The notes under the pieces were generated by a model. That model worked only from the letters and a program-made list of their open reading frames with translations. It had not been told where the DNA came from and made no database searches. The translations under genes were made by a program, and so were the position numbers. Positions 45,378 through 57,236 of a stretch of 64,000 nucleotides of DNA are shown piece by piece. Source of the stretch: Sporopachydermia quercuum. Taxonomy: Eukaryota. The stretch spans positions 434,001 to 498,000 of the forward strand of contig BCGN01000003.1 of assembly GCA_001599295.1 (NCBI GenBank), given 5' to 3'. Position 1 is the stretch's first letter, and every line of letters starts with the position of its first letter.

Positions 45378-46448
45378 TCAGTTATCCTTCTTACTATCAC
45401 CTTTATTGGCCTCACTATCACTTCCACTACCCCCACTGCTTCCACTAGTCTTACTTTTTATCAACTCTTCATACTTTTGTTTAGTTATTTCCTTTTGCCT
45501 CTTATGATAGCCTCGGGTTCCATGATAACGAGTATTTAATATAGTATCCCAGAAAGTGAAGAAAGGTTGACTAAAATTAGTTTTGATACCAAAGCTTTGG
45601 TGATGGATATCGTGATACACAGCATTATTAGGAAATAGTATTTGGAAAGGATCAAAAGGTAAACAATACCCACAATGATCATCAACAGTCTTTAATGTTG
45701 AAAAAACAAATAATACCATAGCTTCTCTTGGTGTAACACCAGCTATTAAAGATGCAACACCAGTTCCAACCGTATCAAGTAAAAAGCCTTCAAATGGTGC
45801 ATTATACAAAGCACCATATGCATATGGAACATATAACCGATGATGCCTCGAATGAAAATGCTTATAAAGATATTTATTAACATGCATTAGTCTATGCAAG
45901 AAATACTGCCATGTATCAATAACCATGAAGGCAATGAATATCTTTATTGCTGAAAACCCATAATAATATATCAAGTAAACTAATTCTGCTGGTAGAAATG
46001 ATAATTTGCCATGTTTTAAAGTCCACAGTTCATAGTTTTCATAACCCGTCATTGGCGTTTCATCAATAAGAAAATATAATCCACCAACTATGGTTTGAAT
46101 AATGTGTTGCAGTATAACATCATAGATAACTTCCTTTAATGTTGCTTTATTTCTTTTTAGAACTTCCTCTGGTGGATGAATTCTCCACTGTGCAAAAACA
46201 TCAGTTACATCTATAATATGAAACATTGAAGAAAATGTCCAGTAAGCGATAATAGGTAATGCTAATGTCAATACACCATCAGGAATTCCATCGATTAGAT
46301 TTGGTTGTCTCGTTAGAGTTTTTACTGGTGGTGAATCATTAAGCATACCTGTTGAATTTACCGCCTGGGAGAAAACAGGGAATAAATTCGAAAAAAATAC
46401 CTTTGATATTTTCTCGTTAATCGTTTCTATAGTAGATGAATAATTCAT
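45378..46448 (-). CDS. SUR2: Sphinganine C4-hydroxylase
   Basis: His boxes HRLMH, HSRHH, DDHCGY and HDIHH, plus NFSQPFFTFWD. Confidence 0.96.
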   Translation of the reverse strand: MNYSSTIETINEKISKVFFSNLFPVFSQAVNSTGMLNDSPPVKTLTRQPNLIDGIPDGVLTLALPIIAYWTFSSMFHIIDVTDVFAQWRIHPPEEVLKRNKATLKEVIYDVILQHIIQTIVGGLYFLIDETPMTGYENYELWTLKHGKLSFLPAELVYLIYYYGFSAIKIFIAFMVIDTWQYFLHRLMHVNKYLYKHFHSRHHRLYVPYAYGALYNAPFEGFLLDTVGTGVASLIAGVTPREAMVLFVFSTLKTVDDHCGYCLPFDPFQILFPNNAVYHDIHHQSFGIKTNFSQPFFTFWDTILNTRYHGTRGYHKRQKEITKQKYEELIKSKTSGSSGGSGSDSEANKGDSKKDN

Positions 46449-48555
46449 GATTATATTGGGTTGTGTCGGTTTTGTGGAATTCTACTCTTAATGTATTAAC
46501 TNAAAGTGACAAATGCTGTTCTGATTGTTGTGTTGTAGATTGAACTGTGTGATATTGTGNTGTATTACTTGCAACTGTTGTGAGTTCTTTTTTCTAGCGT
46601 ATGAAACACAAGTGGTCTTTTTTCCTTCTATCAAAAAACAATAAACAGAGAAATAAACGATAATAACTAGGTATGACCAGCTACTAGCTGTGTAATGTAA
46701 CAGTATCTAGGCACGATTAGACGCGATAAGCGCGAAATGGAGAATAAGGGAATGGAAATGCAAATGTATGTTTGTTTATATCACAACGATAATAAACCTG
46801 TCACCTTTTCAACAGTTTCTCTATATGGGAAGATATTTATGAACATAATATAGGGACTGAACATTTATTATCATTAGTAATTAAAATTATAAAAACAGTG
46901 AGTAAGAGAAAGAGAAATAAAATAGAGTGGAAAGACAAAGTCTACAAAGGATGCTTTGGGTTTTTTTTATGGTTTGTGTTATGGGATCATTTGAGATCAC
47001 AAATAGATTTTATACGACATATACGACAAGGAAAAAACTAAATGGTGGAGTGTGACCCATGTCATGTATCGTGCATGCATGACACATATAACGGGCATGA
47101 CAAGAGAACTAATAATGTTTGAACAATCCATAAACAATGTCATATATTTTATGTGAAAATAACACAAAGAATAACCAGTAGTTTTTAAAGTTTGGGACAA
47201 AGTTTAGTCATTAGTATGGACATGAATATGATGTTCTCGAGACCTGAAGTTTTAATGCAATCGAACATAATCAACGATACTCTCATAACATTTCACTTCA
47301 TATATTATGTACTTTTTTATTGTCTATTTCAAAAGATAGTTTACCCGTGAAAACTATAGTATATTGATTTCTGGGTTGACATTGTTGTCATTGTGGATCT
47401 CTGTTCTCCTTGGGTTCAATGAAGAGCACAGGACAGCAGATGCTTCAATCCTTCAGATAACGAAATAAGGTGTACATGCTGAATCAATTTCAAAACTCAA
47501 AAACAAAAACAAAAAACAAAAAAAAAAAAAAAAATAATAAAGAAGTCAGCGAAGAATGAATCTCAAGCGAACTGCATTGTTTAATATAAGATTGGTTTTT
47601 GCTTTTCTTTTTTACTTCCTTGAATGGTTCGGTTCATGTAGGATTACAGTATATGCATTAATATTGCATGATTAATCAACCTTGATGGGCCACTTCCACA
47701 ACTCGACCTTTCCGTTGTTACACTTATTTAGAACTTGTTTCAACATGAGATTTAAGATAATCTAGTTTGAAATAATTAATGAATTAAGCTTCTTTAATAG
47801 TTCAGCCTCAATGTTGTTCTAAATCATCCAAATAGCAATCCAACTACTCACATACTGCATGCATCTATCTGCATAGATACGTAACCTGTCAATTTTTCTG
47901 CTTCATGGTTACAAAATCACATAACCTCTAGGTAATAATATTATCTCCGGAATATTCCACAATATTATTTCCGATACCTACTAACTCGTTATCATGACAA
48001 AAACCCCAAATTCTCAATTACAAAGCCATCTCTTCTGCTTTTCTCTTTCTTCTCTGTTTATCTCCTCATTATTCCTTATACAACATCTATTCTTCCTATC
48101 ATCAGTACTTTTATTCGTTGTTTCCCCAATTAATTGGCCCCTTTGATGCCATTATTGGTTTTTGGTTTACTGTTGTTTTTACAACTCGCCAGGTATTTCA
48201 CAGATTCTATTGGTCTTCATTCTACTCTACACTCGATAGGCGTCATACATCACAGTGTATACAGATACAACTGCTATATCGACAAAGCCTGCAATTTGCT
48301 ATGAATAACAATTGAGAAGAGCATATCAAATCTTTTNATTTCGCCTCTCAAACTACCAACAGCATTTTGATTTTGCTGTTCTCGACACAGCAATCAATTG
48401 GATACGTTTCTACTCAAGTGCTCGAATAGTGAATGTTAGTTAGTGCTTTGTTGAAGAGGCTAGAGGCTGAGAATTACTGGAACGAAGATAGATATATCAA
48501 TTTCGGCGAATTAGGTTGCGAGGACTAATTTGGACATTGCTACTGCCAAAAAATA

Positions 48556-51500
48556 ATGAAAGTTCTATTGATTGAACCAAGGAAGCTGCTAGAGTTGGCG
48601 CCCGAAGATAAAGGGAAGATTCAAAGCGGATGTTCATTGGTTAACAAGGTTTTTATCGCTTTTTCTAATGGGAGTCTTTGCATTTTTTCGGTAAGAGAAG
48701 CAATCCCGCAAGTGGGGTTTGCATCTGGACGAGGCGGGGAGGGGGAACATGAGAGTGAACACAGAGGGAGTATCAAGAACGGAGAAGATGAAGGAGGAAC
48801 AAATAACGGAAGAGATATTTCGGAAGAAACAACGGAACAAGCATCAGAGTTAGGATTTTTTCCTCCAGCAGGATCGAGATTGGCATCGGAAGGCCATCAG
48901 GGATCAGGGTCGGCCTCTGAATCTGTTTCAGTTTCCTCTAGTGCTCCCGGATCAATTTCGGGATCGGCCTTGGCTTCGGGATCAGTTTCTGCAATGCTTC
49001 TGGCCCGTTTTAACCACTTCACTCGGAGACAAATTGACCAAATAGCAATTGCTCCTCTCTCTTCCAACCTTATTGTCCGAACCGATAACCTTATTTCCCT
49101 TTACAACCTCAAAGATCTTTCATATATTAGAAGCATCCCTGCCACTAAAGGATGCACCAGTTTCACTATCTTATCAAACTCTTTACCCTCATTGAACCCC
49201 ACATACCACACAACCTCCATCTTCAAAGATTTACTAGCAGTGGCCGTTAAAAAGAAAGTTCTCTTGTTCCAAAACACTGGAGATATTCCCCCAGTGCATA
49301 CCCCGCAGTCTACCCCTCCCGAATGGCTACTGTTTAGGGACTATTCACTTAATGATCGGATCACAAATCTTCTATTCATTAGTCCAACCCAGATTATTTG
49401 TTGTTTGACAACCGAATTCGTGTTAATCGATCTAGTTCAAGATTTCCAAAGCAATATTTCCCTTCCGGGAACCGTCGGCATGTCGTTTAGGTCCTATATC
49501 GGCTTAGGTAGTAAGTCAGAAGATCCCGAGGCGATATTACTGCGGGGTAATGAACAAGATAACGAGTGGAGCATAGAAGTTCTACTAATAACAAAAGGCG
49601 CAATTGCAATTGCTGAGATTACAAGCAGAACCACCCCACAAATCAAATTGAAACCCCTTCATGTTTCATGGCCGAATTACCCCGCCGCTTGTGCATACAC
49701 AAAGCCGTTACTTCTTGCCGCATTTGGAAAAACTATTCAAGTTTTCAACACAAAAACGGGATTTCTACTATTGGAAATCCCCGCTCCGAATATTTCCAGA
49801 TTTTTTATTAGCGACGGAAGTAACCCCAATGAAAATTGGACGTTTGCAGCAAACTCCTCCGAGCTTTACCTCCTACCCCACATAGATTTCAAAAGTTTAA
49901 TCGAGTCATTAATCACCCAAAACCTACTTGAGGAAGCTATATCTTTAGTAATTGAGCTAGACGAGGGACAATTTGTGGGGAAAACTGAAGCATTGCGGGG
50001 ATTGCAAATCCGAAAGGCAAAAGAACTATTTACACTGGGTAAATTCAACCGTGCTATGTCATTGTTTTCCCAATACTCGGCTTCTCCATCCGATGTTGTC
50101 CCCCTTTTACCCGATAGAGTAGTTGGAAAGCGGATTGAGGAGTTACTTCAACAAATGTCCGGATCAAATAGTGGGGTAGATGATCTAACGTCCGATACCC
50201 CAGCAGCGGTTTCGCTTTCACCTGTCAAGTCGCCGCATACTCCGAAATTACCTCCGAGCTCCCCTCCAAGTACTATTTATTCTGCTTTAACATCTCCGTT
50301 CAAATCTCTCACTTTAAAAGGTTCAATGGAGCAGGATAACCTTAGTATTTACTCNTCTACATTGCGGAAATCCCGTAGTAGGAAGAGGGGTAATATCGGA
50401 ACCCCACAAGCTACCCTACAAGTTACCCCACGAAGTACTCTGCACGACTCAGCATTAACACCAAATGATATCCGGTGCTTGAAAGCTATAAAATCAGCTA
50501 TTCCGTATCTTGCCGATACCAGAAGACTAATTAAGACACTTGTACGGAAACCCGCCAGCCCCACAGATGGTACAGAAAGTATAAACACTTCACCCCCAAC
50601 AGTTGTCCCCAATAAGGCAATATTCGGAGAGGGGAACCTCCTATTAGCTGCTACTATCATTGACACAGTATTATTTCAATGTTATATGGTAGTTAACCCC
50701 GGTTTAGTGGGGCCGCTACTAAGAGTGGAAAACTCATGTGTTGGGTATATTGTAGAAGAAGAATTAGTGGGGGCGAGGTTGTGGGACGAGCTAATTGAAT
50801 TTTTCTATGGGAGGGGTTTGCATGAGCGAGGATTAGAGTTATTGAAGTATTTAGGAACTTGGGAAGAAAATAGAGGGGCAAAAAAGAACAAAATATCTGA
50901 GGCGGGAGCGGAAGCAGCAGAGAAACAGACGCATGAGAAGAACATCGGGAGAAATATGGAAGCGTCAGAAACGGGAATTGAACAAACCACAAGCACCTCT
51001 TCAGACAATCATACTCAATTGGGAAGCCCTATTACTCAATCTGGTAGCATGATCCCCACAATTTCTGGTTCTAATCTGGACAATGATCTAAACAGCGAAA
51101 ACCCACCAATGCCTTTCAGTTCGGCATTTCCAGTCGCATTATCATCCGTCACCCCACCATCCGAGTTTCTGGGTCCCGCCGAAACTGTTAAGTACCTTCA
51201 AAGGCTGTCAAATTCTGAATTAAATCTTATCCTTAAGTATGCTAAATGGCCCCTCCGTACCGATAGAAACTTCGGAAGGATGCTATTCCTTTCCGATACT
51301 TCACAGAGCAAATCATTAGATAGAGGGGTGATCGTGGGATGGCTATGTGAGGTTGACGAGGGATTAGCGGAAGAGTATTTGAAGCATGTGATCAGTGCTT
51401 TCGGGGAAAGAAATGAGCGATACATTACTTTGTTAGTTGAATTGCTAATCAAGAAAATGGTGGGATATTCCGATAGTAATGTCATTAAGGAAGAGAAATC

Positions 51501-52857
51501 AGAACATGGAAACGAATCAAGTGGGGAATTAACCTTATCGGTAATTCCCCCACTAAATCCTCTTATTGCGATATTCAATAAATACATGCAGACGGCGGAC
51601 ATACCTGAAATAACTCCACAGTTCAAAACCCTATTCGCCGAGCTTCAAACGTTATTAGCATGTAATCTCAACTATAATACAAGCAAGGTCCTTTCGTTAC
51701 TAGAAACGGCGGCAACTAAGTTCAAAGCCGGAGGGATAAATGAGGGGCTTCCTGAGTCTTCAGAAGGTTCAGAAGGTTCAGGAAATGATAAAGAGACTGC
51801 TACAAATGATCAAAATGATTCCAGTGTCCTCCATGCCCCGCTTAATCCATTTGTACTGCTGCATACTCATGTACTTTATAAACGCGGGGAACACTCAAAA
51901 GTACTAGAAACCTTAGTTTTTATAGCGGGGCAACACTCCGCCGCGGAACAGTATTGTGCCTTCATCTGGAGTCTAGACCAGGTAAAAGGACAGCAGTTAT
52001 TACATACATTATTGAAGATATATCTGGAGGGGCGACCAAAAGATATGCAGGGTAGGCAGGATGCGCAACGAAAGGAGAAAGAAAGTGATGGAACTGACAG
52101 GGTGACTACTTCTCAATTGCCCCGTCAACATCTTTCCCCTGCTATTCAACTTCTTTGCTCCCAAGGATCTCGAATGTCAATATCGGAAGTATTAAAGATT
52201 CTCCCTACGGACATCCCTGTCAAAGATTTACAAACGTTCTTTCAAGTACAGTTTAGGAAGTTTACTGCCAAAATCCGGACCGCGGACCTTAAATTAGCTA
52301 TGCAAAATGTGCACTTGGTGAGTGTACAAAACGAATTGATGGATTTGCGGGGTAGCGGGGTATTAATAGATGATCAAACCTGTTGTGTTGTTTGTAATAG
52401 AAGAGTGGGAAAGACGATTGTGTCGATATTTCCAAGGTATGTATGAACATGAAAGTCATTGTGGGACAAGTTGGGGTAAATTGAAAATCATGAAACGGAA
52501 CAACGAAGATAGTCGTAATTCGACCCCGGATTTGGCGATTTACTTTGCATTATTCGAATTAAATTTGTCNGCAACTTAAGCGTGGCTAAAGTCGGGCACA
52601 GCACGCCTTTGTTTTGCGCAAATATCATGCAATCCTATGCAGAATGTTCTCATTTTAAGTTAATCACTTAATAATCTCCGACTATGCATGTCTCTATCTC
52701 TCATTAATCTCTCATTATTTCCTCTATCTCATACTCTAATTACTATCATTTCCTATACTAACAGTCATTCATTAGCGGTAAAATCGTTCATTATGGGTGC
52801 AGCAACGAATATCGGAAACGATTGGAATCCAGGAAATCAAATAACCTATTCAATTAG
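48556..52857 (+). CDS. VPS39: HOPS subunit Vps39/Vam6, 2 exons (~1320 aa)
   Basis: CNH-like N-terminus and Vps39_1 motif IIDTVLFQCY..VNPGLVGPLLRVEN. Exons 48556-52436 and 52776-52857 (GTATGT...TACTAAC...TAG) complete the C-terminal zinc finger CVVCNRRVG...FPSGKIVHYGC. Confidence 0.9.
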
Positions 52858-55346
52858 TTAAAATTAGGCAAGTTAATGAGAATGTTGAAGGAATTCGGCA
52901 AAGGAAAGCGGAGAAATGATTAGAACCCGATAGAAATCTCTTTATAATTCATGGGTTTTATTAGCTATGTCTAGTGGTTATCGTTTCCGATATGTTCTGT
53001 ATTATCTCGGAGAAGAAAATCATGGAAATGAAAATACAAAACAATTTAAATACAAGCTAAAGAAAGCTTTCCTGTTAAATCAAAAACATGAACATTCCAA
53101 GGAAACAGAAATTCTTTGTGGCGAAGGTCCAATGCCTAATAGTTAAAGTGACAGTTTGGAATTAGATGATAACTCACATTCACTTTGCGGTAGCAATTTA
53201 TGAACAAATTCTCGTACAAGTTCTATTTATTTTAAACCGGAAGAACAGGAAACTGATACTGAGAACGTGCACAGGCATAACAACAAGCACAAACAAAGGC
53301 CCAGGCAGATAATATGTGAGTCTCGAAGCCCATACAAGAATCCCAACTCCATTCACAAAAGATGAGGCACGACGACTTTAAAAACGGATCCAGGCGCTTT
53401 GGACCATGTAATGACTCTTGAATACTCAGAAAATGTATTGAGTGACGATTTGAAATATTGACAGCTAGATATACAGGTCTAAAGATCAATAAACGAGTGG
53501 CATGCAGGATTATCAATATAATATTAAAGTGCATAACGAGCATTATTAACAGCAGTTCCTTTATTTATTAGTATCAGCTTCATACAGCTCCACTATAGTT
53601 CTCATTATAGAAACTCTTCAGATAGAATGATTTAAGGCCATTCGTTGAGATAATTATAAATCTGGTTCGTTGACTTCAATGATCCTTATAACATTTGTTG
53701 AAGTAAAAGGAATGGTACTAAGAATACTACATTGTAGTAACAGCTAAATTCTGGTCCAGACGACTAGTAATGACACAAGAAAAGCCTCTTATCAAAGAAA
53801 AATAGTTTGCTTAAATAAAGCACGAGGATAAAAGTGATTGGAAGTATTTCATCAGGTATGAATACGAGTAAGAGATAAGATAATACCCCCAGAGAGTGAA
53901 ATTGAATAATGAATCAAAGATATATTACTACATAATTATATGAGTTTTATTACTATTTACAATTTGATAGTTCTATCTAGAACTAATAATTGTAACCTCC
54001 ATTTCATTCATAGTAGACAGTAGAAGAATACAATAGTCAAATGTTGAAAAATACTGAACAAGTCGGTTAAGAAGTGGAGCAGCTCAGAACAGACCAGCCA
54101 TTGGGTCCTGAAAGGTAAAACTGTTCTATTCCAGTTGAGAGATACTATTTGTATTGCTGCTTTCACAGAGCGTTGGTTGCATTTACTGTCTGTAGAATAA
54201 AGACGGACATGTAAAATTGCGTTGATTTTTTTTATCACCATTATTATCATCATCTTGATTTCTCCAATCATCCACTACCATCGTGATTTCTCTTTTTGAA
54301 AGTGATGTTGCTCTAACTAGTACACCAGCTTAATTGTAAAGGAACCTACTCAGATTCACATAAATCTCAAGCTCTTCCTTCACTGGAACTACACGTTAGC
54401 AAAAATGTTGAATAGTAGATAGATGCCAACAGAAACAGATCCGCAAAGGCACAAAATTGTTCATATCTGGCAAACAAATATAGATAAAAAATGTGTTAAT
54501 ACATAAATTGGGCAATTTGCTAAATGTTAAGAGCATATCAAACAAGGATATTAATAGGCTGTAAATATCTATCGGTAAGATACTTAATTGACAATGGATG
54601 ATGATTATAATTGACAATGGTAGTAAAGATGAGTATAAGAGTAAGCGAACGGTAACAATGATAAAATAAAATATAATAATTAGGCTTTGGTTTAAGAGCT
54701 ATATAATGTATAATTGATTAAATTTACAAAGAGAAATAATTCTAGAGTAAGAAAGGTATCGAAGCTAGACGGAGAATTGTAAGAAGAGTTAATTGTTGAT
54801 CCTTGTAAGAAGCCCTCTGTAAAGATGGCGCCCGTTCCATCCCTTGAAGGAGCAATAATTCCGACAAACAAACCCTTCAACTTCATTTATATGATTAAAA
54901 GGGTGCAGAATTGTACAGCGCATGAACATGAATAGACTGATATGAAATAAGCAAATGTATTCGAAGTCAAATGGATACTGGATAGATTGAGTCAATAATA
55001 ATAAAAGCTGTCAAACATCACCAAGAAGAGTGACGGTGTATTGATAAAACTACGAGTGTCCTGCAGATTGGATCAATAGCAATGATAGGAATAATGGAAT
55101 GAAGCTTTTATCCTAAGGAGTCAGTTATCAGTTTCAAAGTTTTTTTGACTGGCTATAAGCTGTTTTCTCCTTCTGATTATCATAATCCTTTATTGATTAT
55201 CCAAATCATCATTTCATTCAGGCAGTCCTTCTGCTTTGTTTTACCCTTCCTGTCTACAATGGAAGATGTCCAGTAATAACATAANAACACGTTGAAAATA
55301 TATACATAGTGATGACAAAAGACAGTTCAGTTTTCATCAATTTAGA

Positions 55347-56282
55347 TCAATTAACTGAAGTTGATTCATTATTTACTTTTTCAGAAGGTCCCGTTGAAGC
55401 ATTTGATTCAACTGCACGCTCAATCCCGTCTTCACCTTCAGCCTTAGCCTTAGCTTCAAGCTTTGCCTTTGCCCTTTCGTATCTAACCGCTCTCTTGATT
55501 TCGAAAACTGAAGCAGGTGAAGCAGAAAATGACATCGCTGGAAGGCCAGGTAATTCTTCTTTGGCTTTCATATACTCTTCTCTCTCCTTAGCAGCTTGCC
55601 TGAATTTATTCACCCAGAACTCTTTTCGTGATTGGTCACTTACTTCTTTCAACAAGGTATACTCTTGTTTAGTATCATGCTTTGGTAATATTTCATGCCT
55701 GACGTAAGTGGAGTTCCAATGACTATCAGCTCCTCGACGCCACTCATTTTCCCAAATGAGCTTGACGTTAGAATTTAATGCATTAGCTACACTGGAGAGA
55801 TCAGCGACTGCTTCTTGAGTATATGTTGGTCTGAATTGAGCAGAGTACCAAATGTTACCATCATCATTTCTCTTTCTCCAAGATTCGGCTAACTTTCTAT
55901 AATTGATGTCTCTATATCTTCGCAGTTCTAGTAAGGATTGATATGCTTCAGTGGCTAATTCATAAGATTCAAACTGTCCAACGGCCATAATTCTCCACAC
56001 ATCTTTTCTTGTCTTTGGTCTTCTATTCTCCCAGTTTGATCGTTCAAATTGTTGTTTAAGTTCCCGGTCCTAGAGTTTGGAGTTTTAGTTAGTATTTTAT
56101 CACAGATGGAATACGAAGAGTTAGTGATTATTATATGAATAGCAATCTTTACATACAGTGAAGCTTGGGACTTGAGAGTAAACAACTTGTCCTGTCTCTA
56201 TATTACGGAAGCAAAACACATTGGGTCCATAGCCATGTCTCCACAGCCATAAGCCTGCTTTCAGTTTATTTGTATGAGCCAT
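55347..56282 (-). CDS. MHR1: Mhr1 / mitoribosomal mL67, 2 exons (~282 aa)
   Basis: Exons 56282-56157 and 56069-55347 (GTATGT...TACTAAC...TAG). Motifs GPNVFCFRNIETGQVVYSQ, NWENRRPKTRKDVWR and WYSAQFRPTYTQEAVADL. Confidence 0.93.
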
Positions 56283-56660
56283 TCTTCACTATTCCTTGGG
56301 CAGTTCAATTAAATGATGATAGCAGAACAAATAAATAACAAAACCGAATAAATAATAGTTGCGTAAACGACTGTTGATGTGTATAGGCTATTGAATATAA
56401 CACAATACAATGAGAGAGGCTACATGCAACTGAATGTAATAAATACAAACAGAGTGAACGTGTTTAGCATCTATTTGACTCTGTTGCAATATTATACCTT
56501 TAATTATTGTTTAATAGTAAACAACCATTGGCTGAATCAACATAAACGAATAAAAGGAGCTTTTGATTCTTTGCTGTCATTTGATTAATTTATTGAAGTC
56601 ATTTCAACCGACATAGGGCAGGAATGTCACTAATTTTTTGTGAGATGGAAAAAAGGAGGA

Positions 56661-56668
56661 TTACCCGG
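56661..56668 (+). promoter_or_regulatory. Reb1-type site upstream of MHR1
   Basis: TTACCCGG about 380 nt upstream of the MHR1 ATG. Another TTACCCG lies at 47341-47347 in the SUR2/VPS39 divergent region. Confidence 0.4.
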
Positions 56669-57236
56669 ATTGAAAGCACATTGCTTGTTTGGGAAAAATA
56701 TTTCGGAGATTATAAAGTTTTCAAATAATTATTGTTTCCATAATTTTATTTATATGTGAATTGTGCAACTTACTATTTCCGCAATTTAATATCAGCGATG
56801 GGACATACAGCAAAATGTGTTGTTGCTGTTGGTGTTCCTGATTGATACGATTGGCAGAGGACAATGTGCTTTAATGGACTTCAGGAGCATTTTTCCAATG
56901 CTCTTGATAATCAACTTATCGCTGTATGAAGCTATGTGCATGTCCTGTGGTTTGAATAGCGACCTATCATCTCATATTATGTTCTTAACATAACCATAGA
57001 GCATCATCGCTGTTTCACTCCTATTGAATTAACCAACAAAATCTGAATTACATTGCTCTGCATACCAGTGAGGGTTTTCCGTTATCAATTATGTTCAGTT
57101 GGTTGCATAAATATTCATAACCTGGAAATATCATCATTCGCTCATACACTCATATTCGCACTATTACGGCTATGGTCCTCTATTTATTCACTATTTCCTT
57201 ATCACCAAGTCAAGCAATAAAACCTATCACCATTTT

